Positions 26,678 through 36,256 of a DNA stretch of 51,361 nt are shown here, piece by piece; the stretch's first letter is position 1, and the number at the start of each line of letters is the position of its first letter. Source of the stretch: Verrucomicrobiota bacterium. GTDB taxonomy: Bacteria > Verrucomicrobiota > Verrucomicrobiia > Limisphaerales > Palsa-1400. A program made the position numbers and the translations under genes. The DNA lies in contig JBEKIA010000001.1 in assembly GCA_050011995.1 (NCBI GenBank), positions 1-51,361 on the forward strand, read 5' to 3'. Below the pieces are notes generated by a model. The model was given only the letters and a program-made list of their open reading frames with translations, was not told the DNA's origin and did not search any database.

Positions 26678-28672
26678 ATGAAACACTTCCATGCCTTTCC
26701 AGCCAGCCTGTTCCGCCTGGGCGCCCTCGTGGCCGGCATTTCCGCCGCCGCCGCGAATTGGCCCCCCGACTGGCAGCGCGTGCAATCGTTCGACGTTTCG
26801 GTTGCCGGCCTTGTGAGAATAAGTTTGCCGATTCAAACCCTCGAAAGCGCGCGCTCCGCCCTCGAAGATTTGCGCCTCCGGGACGATGCGGGAAATGAAA
26901 TTCCTTATTGGATCGAACGCCCGGCGCCCGCTCCGAAAGCCGTTCAAAACGCGAAATCATTTCGCGCAACGCTCAACCCGGACAATACGGTTCTCACGCT
27001 GGAAACCGGACTGGCGCAGGCGCTGGACGGCGTCACGCTGGAAACTCCGGCCAATAATTTCATCAAAGCCGCGCGTGTCGAGAGTTCCGACGACGGAGAC
27101 CGCTGGCAGGTGGTCGCGCAAGGCCAGCCGCTGTTTCGCCAGCCGGACGGCGCGGGCCGCTTGCAAATTCCGTTCCCGCCCATCGTTTCCAAATGGCTGC
27201 GGCTGACGGTGGATGACCGGCGCTCGCAGGCGGTTCCCTTCACCGGCGCGCGCGTTCATGCGGCCACCGGCGAGCCGGCGCCAACCGAATGGATTCCAGC
27301 AAGAATTTCCGGCCGCAACGAGAACCCAGGGGAAACGCGGCTGGCGCTCGATCTTGGCGCGGCCAATCTGGACCTGGCCGCCATTGAGATTGTCACGACT
27401 GAGCCGCTTTTCATGCGGCAAGTCGTGTTGGCCGTTCCGCAAATTGCCGGGGATTCCATCCAGGAACAAACCGCCGGACAAGGCGTGATTTACCGCGTGA
27501 ACGTGGAAGGGCAGACGCCTTCGGAAAATCTTTCCGTGCCGCTGGAAACCCGAATCCGTTCGCGCGAGCTGTTTCTGTTCGTCAACAACGGCGACAGCGC
27601 GCCGCTGGCGGTGGCGGAAGTGCGCGTGGAGCGGCGTCCGGTTTGGCTCATTTTTCTCGCGCGGCAGCCGGGAACGTTTCATTTGCTGACCGGCAACAGC
27701 CGTTGCGCCGCGCCGCGCTACGACCTGGCGGCTTTGAATATCAACCTGAAATCCGTGGCGGTTTCGCCGGTGAAAATTCCGCCGCCGTCGAACAATCCCA
27801 ATTATCGCGCGCCGGAGGTTTTGCCGGGAACCGAGCTGGGCAGCGCGGCGCTGGACGTTTCGGCATGGAAATTCCGCAAGGCGGTGAAAATCTCCGGGGC
27901 GGGCGCGCAACAAGTGGAATTGGATCTGGACGCGCTGGCGCACGCGCAGCCGGATTTCGCGGATGTGCGCCTGCTGCGCGGCAGCAACCAAGTGCCTTGC
28001 CTCATCGAACGCGCGTCCATCAGCCGCGCGCTCACGCCGGTGGTGGCCGCTGCGAATGATTCCAAAGACCCAAAGTTGAGCCGCTGGACCATCCAATTGC
28101 CACGCGCCGGTCTGCCGCTCGCCCGGCTGACGTGCGTCGCGCGAACGCCGCTGTTTGAGCGCTCCCTGTCGCTTTACGAGGAAGTTGCCGGCGAGCGCGG
28201 CGACACTTATCGCCATGTGCTGGGCGGCGGCTCGTGGCGGCAAACGCCGGATCGCAAATCGAAGGAGTTTGCCCTGACGCTGGACAGCGCCCCGCGGAGC
28301 GGCACATTGTGCCTGGAAACAGGGAACGGCGACAATCCGCCGGTGGAACTGGAAAAATTTCAGGTGTTTTACCCCGCGACGCGCATTTTGTTCAAAGGCA
28401 AACCGGGCGATGAAGTTTTCCTTTACTATGGCAATCCGCGGGTCGCGCCGCCGCGCTATGACTTGAGCCTGGTGGCTGATCAATTGCTGGCGGCCGAAAA
28501 AAATGCCGCGTCCTTGTCCGCCGAGGAGCAACTCAGGAAGACCTCGTGGGGTGAAAATCCGATGCCGGGCCGGGGCGGCATGCTCTTCTGGGGGATTCTG
28601 GCGGTGGTCGTCGTGGCGCTGCTCCTGATTATTTCGCGCCTGTTGCCCCAATCGCCGCCGGCGGGGAAGTGA
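26678..28672 (+). CDS. DUF3999-like secreted protein with a C-terminal membrane anchor
   Basis: Signal peptide MKHFHAFPASLFRLGALVAGISAAAA; discoidin-like segment ARVESSDDGDRWQVVAQGQPLFR; C-terminal TM MLFWGILAVVVVALLLIISRLL. The start is 4 nt after the DUF2339 stop. Confidence 0.6.
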   Translation: MKHFHAFPASLFRLGALVAGISAAAANWPPDWQRVQSFDVSVAGLVRISLPIQTLESARSALEDLRLRDDAGNEIPYWIERPAPAPKAVQNAKSFRATLNPDNTVLTLETGLAQALDGVTLETPANNFIKAARVESSDDGDRWQVVAQGQPLFRQPDGAGRLQIPFPPIVSKWLRLTVDDRRSQAVPFTGARVHAATGEPAPTEWIPARISGRNENPGETRLALDLGAANLDLAAIEIVTTEPLFMRQVVLAVPQIAGDSIQEQTAGQGVIYRVNVEGQTPSENLSVPLETRIRSRELFLFVNNGDSAPLAVAEVRVERRPVWLIFLARQPGTFHLLTGNSRCAAPRYDLAALNINLKSVAVSPVKIPPPSNNPNYRAPEVLPGTELGSAALDVSAWKFRKAVKISGAGAQQVELDLDALAHAQPDFADVRLLRGSNQVPCLIERASISRALTPVVAAANDSKDPKLSRWTIQLPRAGLPLARLTCVARTPLFERSLSLYEEVAGERGDTYRHVLGGGSWRQTPDRKSKEFALTLDSAPRSGTLCLETGNGDNPPVELEKFQVFYPATRILFKGKPGDEVFLYYGNPRVAPPRYDLSLVADQLLAAEKNAASLSAEEQLRKTSWGENPMPGRGGMLFWGILAVVVVALLLIISRLLPQSPPAGK

Positions 28673-28789
28673 GAGATTTGGGCGGCGCTCCCATTAAAGG
28701 ATTAAGATTAAGAGGAGGCGCTCAGAGGGCGCAGCGCTCAGATGGGCGTGGCGATTGATATGGACGGATGCGGGCGGGCTTGCTAAAGA

Positions 28790-30070
28790 ATGGGGCGAAA
28801 ACCATCAAGAATGAAATCACGACGCTGGCTCCGCATCATCCCCGTGGCGCTGATCATGTACACGATTTCGTACGTGGACCGGACGAACATCTCCATCGCG
28901 CTGACCCCGGACACTTCCATTTCCACCATGGTGAAGGATCTGGGGATGAACAAGGTTATGATGGGGGAGGCCGCCGGGATTTTCTTTATTGGTTATGTCC
29001 TGCTGCAAGTTCCCGGCGGATTCTGGGCGTCGCGGTGGAGCGCCCGAAAACTCATCAGTATTTGCCTGATCGGCTGGGGCCTCTGCGCGATCGGCTGCGG
29101 TTTGGCGCGGACGTTCCGGCAGTTTGAGGCGGCGCGATTTCTCCTCGGGGCGGCGGAGAGCGCGGTGTTTCCCGCCATGCTGGTGCTGCTGGCCAATTGG
29201 TTTCCCCGATCCGAACGCGCGCAGGCCAACGCCTACTGGAATCTTTGCCAGCCTCTGGCGGTGGTGGTGGCGGCGCTCTCCACGGGCGCGCTCCTGGGGC
29301 ATTTCGGCTGGCGCCCGGTCATTGTGCTGGAGGGGATGCTGCCGTTTCTCTGGCTGCCCATCTGGTGGTTTCTTATCCGGGATCGCCCGCGGGATGCGAA
29401 ATGGATTTCCGCGGAGGAACGGGATTATCTGGAAACGACCTTGCGCCTGGAGGCGGCCGCCGTGGAGCCGCCCCGGGCGCTCTCGTTGGTGGAAAAATTT
29501 TGCCAGCCTTTGGTCCTGGTCCTGATTGTCATAGATTTTTTTCACAATTGCCTGGCCTACGGTTGCATGACCTTCTTTACCAGCACCCTGAAAGGCGAGG
29601 GATTCACCTCGTGGCAATACGGCATGTTGTTTGCCCTCCCCTATACGTTCACCGCCGTGCTCATGATCCTGGTTTCCCGCCACTCGGACAAGGTCAATGA
29701 GCGCCGAATGCATTTGGCTGCGACCTACCTTGTCAGCGGCCTGAGCCTGATCCTCAGTGTCAGTTTGAGGCATCATTTTTGGTGGTCTTATGCCTTCCTT
29801 TGTCTCTCCATCCCCGGCCCGTCGGTGGCCCTGGCGCCGTTGTGGACCATCGCCAGCGAGACGCTGCCCACCAGCACCCGGGGCGCCGTGATGGGTCTCA
29901 TCAACGCCTGCGGCAATTTGGGCGGTTTTGTAGGACCGTTTATTGCGGGGTGGCTCTCCGAAGTGTCGGGCAATCTGAACCTTTCTTTCGACGCGTTGGG
30001 CCTGGGAATCTTGTTCGCCGCCGCCCTGGCCTTCCTGTTGCCCAAAGCGGCTCCCGTGCAGCGGGCGTGA
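28790..30070 (+). CDS. MFS transporter (anion:cation symporter / sugar-acid type)
   Basis: YVDRTNISIA, a 12-TM pattern, and GNLGGFVGPFIAGWL are present. The start may be ATG 28811. Confidence 0.8.
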   Translation: MGRKPSRMKSRRWLRIIPVALIMYTISYVDRTNISIALTPDTSISTMVKDLGMNKVMMGEAAGIFFIGYVLLQVPGGFWASRWSARKLISICLIGWGLCAIGCGLARTFRQFEAARFLLGAAESAVFPAMLVLLANWFPRSERAQANAYWNLCQPLAVVVAALSTGALLGHFGWRPVIVLEGMLPFLWLPIWWFLIRDRPRDAKWISAEERDYLETTLRLEAAAVEPPRALSLVEKFCQPLVLVLIVIDFFHNCLAYGCMTFFTSTLKGEGFTSWQYGMLFALPYTFTAVLMILVSRHSDKVNERRMHLAATYLVSGLSLILSVSLRHHFWWSYAFLCLSIPGPSVALAPLWTIASETLPTSTRGAVMGLINACGNLGGFVGPFIAGWLSEVSGNLNLSFDALGLGILFAAALAFLLPKAAPVQRA

Positions 30071-30168
30071 TTCCGTTCTTGCGGTTCCTCGGCGATTGCG
30101 GATTGGAATTTCTTGCTGGCGCGGGAAGGAAATTCCGCCCAATATCGGGCGGCGCAAAATGTCCAGTT

Positions 30169-31200
30169 ATGAAAGCCCTGGTTCTCACAGATTACAAACA
30201 GTTCTCATACGAAGAAAGGCCGGCGCCGCAACCCGGCCCGGAAGAAGTGCTCGTCGCGGTCAAGGCCTGCGGGATATGCGGCAGCGACGTGCATGGGATG
30301 GACGGCAGCACGGGCCGGCGGCGTCCGCCCATTATCATGGGGCACGAAGCCTCCGGCATCATTGCCGGGACCGGGGCGGCGGCGCGGGGCTGGGCGGCCG
30401 GCGACCGCGTCACCTTCGATTCCACGATTTTCTGCGGGCATTGTGATTTTTGCCGGCGCGGCGAGATCAACTTGTGCGACAACCGCCGCGTGCTGGGCGT
30501 CTCCTGCGAAGAGTACCGGCAACCGGGCGCTTTCGCCGATTTTGTGGCCGTTCCGCAGCGCATTTTGTACCGGCTGCCGGACGGCTTGCCCTTCGAACAT
30601 GCCGCTTTGGCCGAACCTTTTGCCGTGGCCTTGCACGCCATTCGCCGCGCCCCGGTGACGCTGAACGACGCCGTGGCCGTGGTGGGCGCCGGGATGATTG
30701 GCCTGGCGCTGGTGCAAGCGTTGCGTCTGGCGGGCTGCGGCCGGCTCCTGGTGGCGGACGTGGCGGACGGGCGGCTGGCCCTGGCCAAAAAGCTGGGCGC
30801 GACCCACACCATTAACTCCGCCGGGGGAAAGGCCGCCGCAGCGATCCTGGAGTGGACACAAGGGCGCGGCGCCGATGTGGCCTTCGAGGCGGCGGGAGTG
30901 GCGGCCACGGTGGATTTGGCCCTGGGCTGCCTGCGCAAAGGCGGCACGGCGGCGCTGGTGGGCAATGTCTCGCCCCGGGTCGAGTTCCCGCTGCAAACCG
31001 CGGTGACCCGCGAACTGGCCGTCCACGGCTCGTGCGCGTCGCGGGGCGAGTATCCGGCCGTCCTGGACCTGCTGGGGCGCGGCGCGCTGCAATGCGGCCC
31101 GCTCCTCAGCGCCACGGCGCCGCTGGCGGAAGGGGCCGCCTGGTTTGACCGGCTCTACCGCAAGGAACCGGGCCTGCTCAAGGTCGTTCTGAAGCCCTGA
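30169..31200 (+). CDS. Zinc-dependent alcohol/polyol dehydrogenase (MDR family)
   Basis: MKALVLTDYK, the catalytic Zn motif CGICGSDVHG...GHEASG, the structural Zn motif CGHCDFCRRGEINLC, and the Rossmann motif VVGAGMIGL are present. Confidence 0.85.
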   Translation: MKALVLTDYKQFSYEERPAPQPGPEEVLVAVKACGICGSDVHGMDGSTGRRRPPIIMGHEASGIIAGTGAAARGWAAGDRVTFDSTIFCGHCDFCRRGEINLCDNRRVLGVSCEEYRQPGAFADFVAVPQRILYRLPDGLPFEHAALAEPFAVALHAIRRAPVTLNDAVAVVGAGMIGLALVQALRLAGCGRLLVADVADGRLALAKKLGATHTINSAGGKAAAAILEWTQGRGADVAFEAAGVAATVDLALGCLRKGGTAALVGNVSPRVEFPLQTAVTRELAVHGSCASRGEYPAVLDLLGRGALQCGPLLSATAPLAEGAAWFDRLYRKEPGLLKVVLKP

Positions 31201-31232
31201 AAAAACCCGCGTCGCGTCAATACTATTTATCC

Positions 31233-32024
31233 ATGAATCCCAACCCCTTCGATCTCGCAGGCAAAACCGCCCTGGTCACCGGCGCCAGCCGCGGTCTGGG
31301 CCAGTGTTTCGGGCGCGCCCTGGCCCGGGCGGGCGCGGATCTGGTCATCACCAGCCGCGACCCCGCCACACTCGGTCCCTTTCAAAAGGAGATCCAAACC
31401 CTGGGCCGCAAGGCCTGGCCGCTGGCGCTGGATGTGCGCGACCCCGGCAGCATCCGGCAAATGGCGCAAGCCGCCGTGGAGCACTATGGCAAAATAGACA
31501 TCCTGGTCAACAATGCCGGATGCAACGTGCGCAAGCCGGCGCTGGACATCACCTGGGACGACTGGAACCTGGTGCTCGACACCAATCTGCGCGGCACGTT
31601 CTTTGTCGCGCAGGCGGTGGCGCGATATATGGTTGACAGAAAATACGGCCGCATTATCAACATCGGCTCCGTCACCTGCGTGGCGGGCTACGCCGGGCTG
31701 GGCCCTTACGGGGCGAGCCGCGGCGGGGTCAAACAACTCACCATGAGCCTGGCCGACGACTGGGGAATCCACGGGATCACGGTGAATTGCTTGGCGCCCG
31801 GGTGGTTTCAGACGCGGCAAAACGCGGTGATGTACGAGGACCGGGAGTGGGTGGAATATCTTTGCGACCGCATTCCGCTGAAGCGGCCGGGCGTTCCGCA
31901 GGACCTGGAGGGGGCGGTGGTCTTTCTGGCCTCCGATGCCAGCGCCTACATCACCGGCCAGACGCTGCTGGTGGACGGAGGCATCTCCACCGGGGCCACC
32001 CGCGCGCTGCCCGCGAAAAAGTAA
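31233..32024 (+). CDS. SDR-family oxidoreductase (gluconate 5-dehydrogenase / KduD-like)
   Basis: TGASRGLG, NNAG, the Y...K pair (GPYGASRGGVKQL) and GITVNCLAPGW are present. Confidence 0.85.
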   Translation: MNPNPFDLAGKTALVTGASRGLGQCFGRALARAGADLVITSRDPATLGPFQKEIQTLGRKAWPLALDVRDPGSIRQMAQAAVEHYGKIDILVNNAGCNVRKPALDITWDDWNLVLDTNLRGTFFVAQAVARYMVDRKYGRIINIGSVTCVAGYAGLGPYGASRGGVKQLTMSLADDWGIHGITVNCLAPGWFQTRQNAVMYEDREWVEYLCDRIPLKRPGVPQDLEGAVVFLASDASAYITGQTLLVDGGISTGATRALPAKK

Positions 32025-32032
32025 GGGGCGCC

Positions 32033-33334
32033 CTATGGATCGGGGCCTTTGCGGAAGAGCACGATGCGGTTGGTGTTGGTCCCTTTGGCGTTGTTGTCCA
32101 CGCCCCAGCAGTTGGCGGTTTTGGTGAATTCCTGGTCGTTGATCAGGATCAGTTCCGGGCGCAGTCCGGCCTCCAGTCCGCAGCACAGGACCGTCGCCTC
32201 CAATTTGATTTCGCCCCGGCGGATTTCGCCGACTTCGAAGGCGACACGGCCGCCCGGGCGCAACGCCCGCCGCAGTTCCCGGAAAACCGCCGTCATTTCC
32301 CCCTGCCACTCGCCCAGCTTCTTTGGCACCGTCAGCTTGACTCCTTTGGGGTCAATGCCAAGAAACCAGCAGCGCAGCCAGTTGTCCCCCGCGTAATCCA
32401 CCACGTCCAAAAAGGGCGGCGAGGTCACCACCAGCGAAACGGACCCGCCGGGGATTTGGGGGGTGGCATGGGCGGGTTGATTGAGCAGCAGGCTTTTTTC
32501 CGCCACGCCGCGCAGGCGCGAGCGGGTGTCGCCGTCGCAATCCTGCAGGAGAATCCGGCTTTTTTTGAAAATCAAGTCCGGCACGCTGCGGCGCGGCGGC
32601 GACTGGCGGCGATCGGCGTTGATTTTCCGCTGTGACTTCACCGAGACCGCCTGGTTGGGCGGCAAGGTATAAACGGAAAAAAATCCCGGCGAATGGCCGG
32701 TCAGGCGGTTGAGCGCGACCAGGGCAATCCATTCATCCACGGGGTCGAGTGTTCCCCGGCGCAGCAAATATTTTTTCAGAGCCGCGACTTCCCGCAGCGT
32801 TTCGGGGTGGAAGAAAACCAGCAGATCTTCCGGCGCCTCTTCGCGGTCTTTGAAATCAATCTCCGCCAGGCGGGCGTGGACTTGTTGCAGGGTGGGCGGG
32901 CGCAGCCGGGGGCGCACGAGGACCAGACTGAGCGGATTGACATCGCAGCCGCAGGGCACGCGCCCCAGGAGCGCCGCTTCGAGCAGCGTGGTGCCGCGCC
33001 CCATGAACGGATCGTGGACCAGGTCGCCCGGCTCCGTCAGCCGCTCAATGAAAAAGCGCGGCAGTTGCGGCTTGAAGCAGGCGCGATAGGAAATTTCGTG
33101 CAGGCGGCTGGCCGCCCGCTGTTTGGCGGTCCAAAACTCGTTGATGTAGGTGGGGACGGGGAACGTTTTGCCGCCGGCGATTGCGGCGGTTGTTTCGGCC
33201 AGAATGGTTTTTTTGCCAAACTCATGAAAGGCCAGGAGTTGTTCGGCAAATGGGGCCTTGAGTCCGGGAGCGGGGCCGGGAACGCTCTTGGGCCGCGCCG
33301 CAAATGCAAATTCCAAATTAGTCTGCAATGACAT
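32033..33334 (-). CDS. Amino-methyltransferase with motif I (DPFMGRGTT) preceding motif IV (TSPPF); N4-C/N6-A DNA methylase-like, no adjacent nuclease
   Basis: FWTAKQR...LHEISYRACFKPQLPRFFI..LTEPGDLVHDPFMGRGTTLLEAALLGR...CDVNP, VVTSPPFLDVVDY and LRPGGRVAFEVG are present. Confidence 0.75.
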   Translation of the reverse strand: MSLQTNLEFAFAARPKSVPGPAPGLKAPFAEQLLAFHEFGKKTILAETTAAIAGGKTFPVPTYINEFWTAKQRAASRLHEISYRACFKPQLPRFFIERLTEPGDLVHDPFMGRGTTLLEAALLGRVPCGCDVNPLSLVLVRPRLRPPTLQQVHARLAEIDFKDREEAPEDLLVFFHPETLREVAALKKYLLRRGTLDPVDEWIALVALNRLTGHSPGFFSVYTLPPNQAVSVKSQRKINADRRQSPPRRSVPDLIFKKSRILLQDCDGDTRSRLRGVAEKSLLLNQPAHATPQIPGGSVSLVVTSPPFLDVVDYAGDNWLRCWFLGIDPKGVKLTVPKKLGEWQGEMTAVFRELRRALRPGGRVAFEVGEIRRGEIKLEATVLCCGLEAGLRPELILINDQEFTKTANCWGVDNNAKGTNTNRIVLFRKGPDP

Positions 33335-33489
33335 CAGGGAAGCACTCTAACAAGCTCCAGAATGTTGGCGCGAGAAATCTTTATGAAAGCAATCTTTCCA
33401 AGCTGGCTGGCGCATGCATTCGGAAGCGAAAACATAATTCTCTTCTTGAAGATACGGTTTTGGGTGGCACATTGTTTCCAACCAATGTT

Positions 33490-33711
33490 ATGAGCACCAT
33501 TACTGAAGCCGTCGCCAAGCTGGAAAACCTGTCGCAGGACCGGGCCAACAAGGTTGTTTCACTGATTGATGATTTGGCCGAGTTGGAAGCTCTCGAAACC
33601 GCGGCCGACCTGAAAGCGGCGCGCGCCGCTCTCGCAAACCCCGGCGAGTGCATCACCGTTGACGAGTTGGAAAGACGGCTGGTCAGCCCTTTTCCATCGG
33701 GCCGCGGGTGA
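33490..33711 (+). CDS. Small antitoxin-like protein (addiction-module-component style), orphan
   Basis: MSTITEAVAKLENLSQDRANKVVSLIDDLAELEALETAADLKAARAALANPGECITVDELERRL resembles small TA antitoxins. It sits in a visibly AT-rich patch, and its 3' end overlaps the convergent U32 gene by 29 nt. There is no partner toxin. Confidence 0.35.
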   Translation: MSTITEAVAKLENLSQDRANKVVSLIDDLAELEALETAADLKAARAALANPGECITVDELERRLVSPFPSGRG

Positions 33712-36256
33712 CGCCGAGCTGGTTGTGCAGTTTGAGCTCGCGCCAGAGTTGCGCGCCGCTCATTTCGCCCCGGAGCAGGCTGCGGTAACTGGCGATGATC
33801 CGCGCCGCTTCTTCCTCGCTTTCGTTGACAAACTCAATGCGGAAATGCCGCGCCCCCAGGGCCAGGAGCCGCGCGACGTATTCCGCCCCCGTCTGCGCCC
33901 GGCCGTTGAAAACGGTGTTGCGGCAGCCGGCATCCGCCTTGAGAGGATGCTCCAGGCCGACGCGGTCGCGCAGTTGCGCGGCGTGTTTGTCGCAGGGGCG
34001 GCCGCAGTTGGTGTAGTCGGTGCCGGCGGTGAGAAAGGCGCAAAAAAGGCAGTGCTCCATGTGAAACATCGGCATGTGCTGGTGAATGGTGATCTCGAAC
34101 CAGGCGGGCGGGGCCGATTGCAGGAGCGCCTCCAGTTGCACGATGTTCAAATCATACGACGCGGTGAGGCGTTCCAGTCCAAACCGGTTTTTGAAATAGT
34201 CCGCCGCCAGGCCGTTGGCGACGTTCAAGGAGTAATCGCCCACCCGGCGGTCCGCGGCGAAGAATTGCAAATGGTCGTAATTGCGAATCAAATAACCGTC
34301 GGCTTGGCAGGAGCGGACTTGTTTCAAAATCCACTCCTCGCCCGGTTTGAAAATCCGGGGAGGAGCGACGAAGATTGCGGATGGCGGATTGCGGATTGCG
34401 GATTGACGGAAGCGGGTGACGGCTTCGCGGTATTTCTTGGGGTCCTCGAATTCGCAATAAACCGTCCGCGCATCGCAACCGAGCGCGGCTTCCAACTGGG
34501 GCATGGTCCGCGCTAAAACAATCAACTGCGCCTCCTCGCTGCCAACATTGGTGGCGCTGCTCTTCAATCCGCCATCCGCCATCCGCCATCCGCAATCGTT
34601 CCACCGCCTGGGTTGCGCCCGCATTTCCCCGATCCTGCCCACCAGTTCCCGGCGCATCCGGTTCAGTTCGCTGGCGGGCAGGATGACGCCGCCTTCCAGC
34701 CCGTTGCGCAAGCCGCCGAGGCGGAAAGCCGTCCCGCCCAGGCGCCCCAGTTGTTCCCGCAGTTTTTCGGTGGTGAGCGGTTGCTTCTCCGCCACCGCCA
34801 GCGGCAGGCCGGATTGCACCTGGACGGCGTGTCCCAATTCGTCGCGGCCGGTCAAGGTCATCGGGCCGGAGGCGCGCCCGTGAACTTCCAGCCAGAGCGG
34901 GCGCCGGAAACGGGGCGCCTGGCCCGCAAAGCTCTGGCGCAGGCGGCGGTCCAATTCCGGATCGCTCGTTTTCCAGAGTCTGTCACCAATATGAATCCGG
35001 CTCAAATCCAGATCGTCCCGCCCGAAACCGAGGAGGCGCAGGGACCGGCCCGGCCCCCGCGCCTCCTCCACGCGATAGACCCGGCCGCCCTCTTCCTTTT
35101 CGTCGGGCCGGCCGGCGTCAAATACAATGCCGTCGCCGGCCTTGAGCGGGGCCTCCAGATGGGCGAACACTTTCCCCCCCTCCACGCGCTGCACGGTTCC
35201 GAGATAGACGCCGCGCTTCTTGCCAAAGCGGGCGTGGACCAATTGCTGATTGTTGACTCCGCCGAACCAGCCCGTGCGCAGTCCGCGCGAAAAAGCCATT
35301 TCCAAATCGTAGCGCGATTCGCCGGCCAGCCGGGCGGCGCAGGCCGGCTCCGCCAGGATTTTGTCCAGCGCCCGCCGGTAAACCCGCGTGATGTTGGCCA
35401 CATATTCGGGGGACTTGAGACGGCCCTCGATTTTCAGCGAGGCCACGCCGGCGCGGACCAGGTCCGGCAGCACTTCCAACCCGGCCAGGTCCTGCGGGCT
35501 TAACAAATAGCGGCGGTCGCCGAGGGGGACGGGCCGGCCGTCGCAAATCAACTCGTAGGGCATGCGGCAGGCCTGGGCGCATTCGCCGCGGTTGGCGGAG
35601 CGGCCGCCCAGCGCCTCGCTTGTCAAGCATTGGCCGGAATAGGCGACGCACAGCGCGCCATGCACAAAGACTTCCAGCGGAAGCGCGGCCGGCGGGCCGC
35701 GGCGGATCTTTTCGATTTCCTGGACCGAACATTCGCGCGCCAGAACGACGAGGCCGCAGCCCAGTTCGCGGGCAAATTCCACGCCCGCCGCGCTGGTGAT
35801 GGTCATTTGCGTGGAGGCGTGAATGGGGAAATCGGGCGAGAGCATTCTGATCAAACGGCAGATTCCCACGTCCTGCACAATGGCGGCATCCACGCCCGCC
35901 GCCATAAGCGAGCGCAGAAACAGTTCCGCGTCCGCCATTTCGTTGGCAAAAACCAGCGTGTTGAAGGTGACGTAACCCTTGACGCCGCGGCGGTGAAGGA
36001 ACTCCATCAACCGGGGAAGATCGGCCCCGGTGAAATTGCGCGCGCGCATCCGGGCGTTGAACCGGTCCAGGCCGAAGTAAACGGCGTCCGCGCCATTTTC
36101 CACCGCGGCCTTGACGCATTCCCAGTCGCCGGCGGGAGCGAGAAGCTCGGGCGGATTTCCGCCGTTATCCCGCGGATCGGGACTATTGAGGACAGGGCGG
36201 ACTGGTTCCGCGGCCGGGCCGGGTTTCGCCATTGCGCCATTGGTGCTGCTTGCCAT
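33683..36256 (-). CDS. Double-domain U32-family protein (RlhA/TrhP/UbiU-UbiV superfamily; annotated as 'peptidase U32')
   Basis: PELLAPAGDWECVKAAVENGADAVYFGL, HASTQMT, and EVFVHGALCVAYSGQCLTSEALGGRSANRGECAQACRMPY (the Cys cluster) are present. A second U32-like half follows residue ~600. Alternative starts are 36232 and 36349. Confidence 0.85.
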   Translation of the reverse strand: MASSTNGAMAKPGPAAEPVRPVLNSPDPRDNGGNPPELLAPAGDWECVKAAVENGADAVYFGLDRFNARMRARNFTGADLPRLMEFLHRRGVKGYVTFNTLVFANEMADAELFLRSLMAAGVDAAIVQDVGICRLIRMLSPDFPIHASTQMTITSAAGVEFARELGCGLVVLARECSVQEIEKIRRGPPAALPLEVFVHGALCVAYSGQCLTSEALGGRSANRGECAQACRMPYELICDGRPVPLGDRRYLLSPQDLAGLEVLPDLVRAGVASLKIEGRLKSPEYVANITRVYRRALDKILAEPACAARLAGESRYDLEMAFSRGLRTGWFGGVNNQQLVHARFGKKRGVYLGTVQRVEGGKVFAHLEAPLKAGDGIVFDAGRPDEKEEGGRVYRVEEARGPGRSLRLLGFGRDDLDLSRIHIGDRLWKTSDPELDRRLRQSFAGQAPRFRRPLWLEVHGRASGPMTLTGRDELGHAVQVQSGLPLAVAEKQPLTTEKLREQLGRLGGTAFRLGGLRNGLEGGVILPASELNRMRRELVGRIGEMRAQPRRWNDCGWRMADGGLKSSATNVGSEEAQLIVLARTMPQLEAALGCDARTVYCEFEDPKKYREAVTRFRQSAIRNPPSAIFVAPPRIFKPGEEWILKQVRSCQADGYLIRNYDHLQFFAADRRVGDYSLNVANGLAADYFKNRFGLERLTASYDLNIVQLEALLQSAPPAWFEITIHQHMPMFHMEHCLFCAFLTAGTDYTNCGRPCDKHAAQLRDRVGLEHPLKADAGCRNTVFNGRAQTGAEYVARLLALGARHFRIEFVNESEEEAARIIASYRSLLRGEMSGAQLWRELKLHNQLGVTRGPMEKG
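34373..34598. repeat. 33-bp inverted repeat inside the U32 gene, arms 34373-34405 and 34565-34598, each a GCGGAT(T/G) heptamer array, 159 bp apart
   Basis: gattgcggatggcggattgcggattgcggattg, compared with the reverse complement of caatccgccatccgccatccgccatccgcaatcg, gives 31 of 33 matches. Confidence 0.9.

Noticed and set aside
25576-28651. Minus-strand ORFs of 387 aa (25576..26739) and 564 aa (26957..28651)
   Set aside because: They are antisense to the DUF2339 and DUF3999 genes and extremely Arg/Gln/Gly-rich. The plus-strand products have a signal peptide and TM logic.
28817-32309. Minus-strand ORFs 28817..30157, 30192..31115, 30205..31092 and 31227..32309
   Set aside because: They are antisense to the MFS, Zn-ADH and SDR genes, all of which carry canonical motifs.
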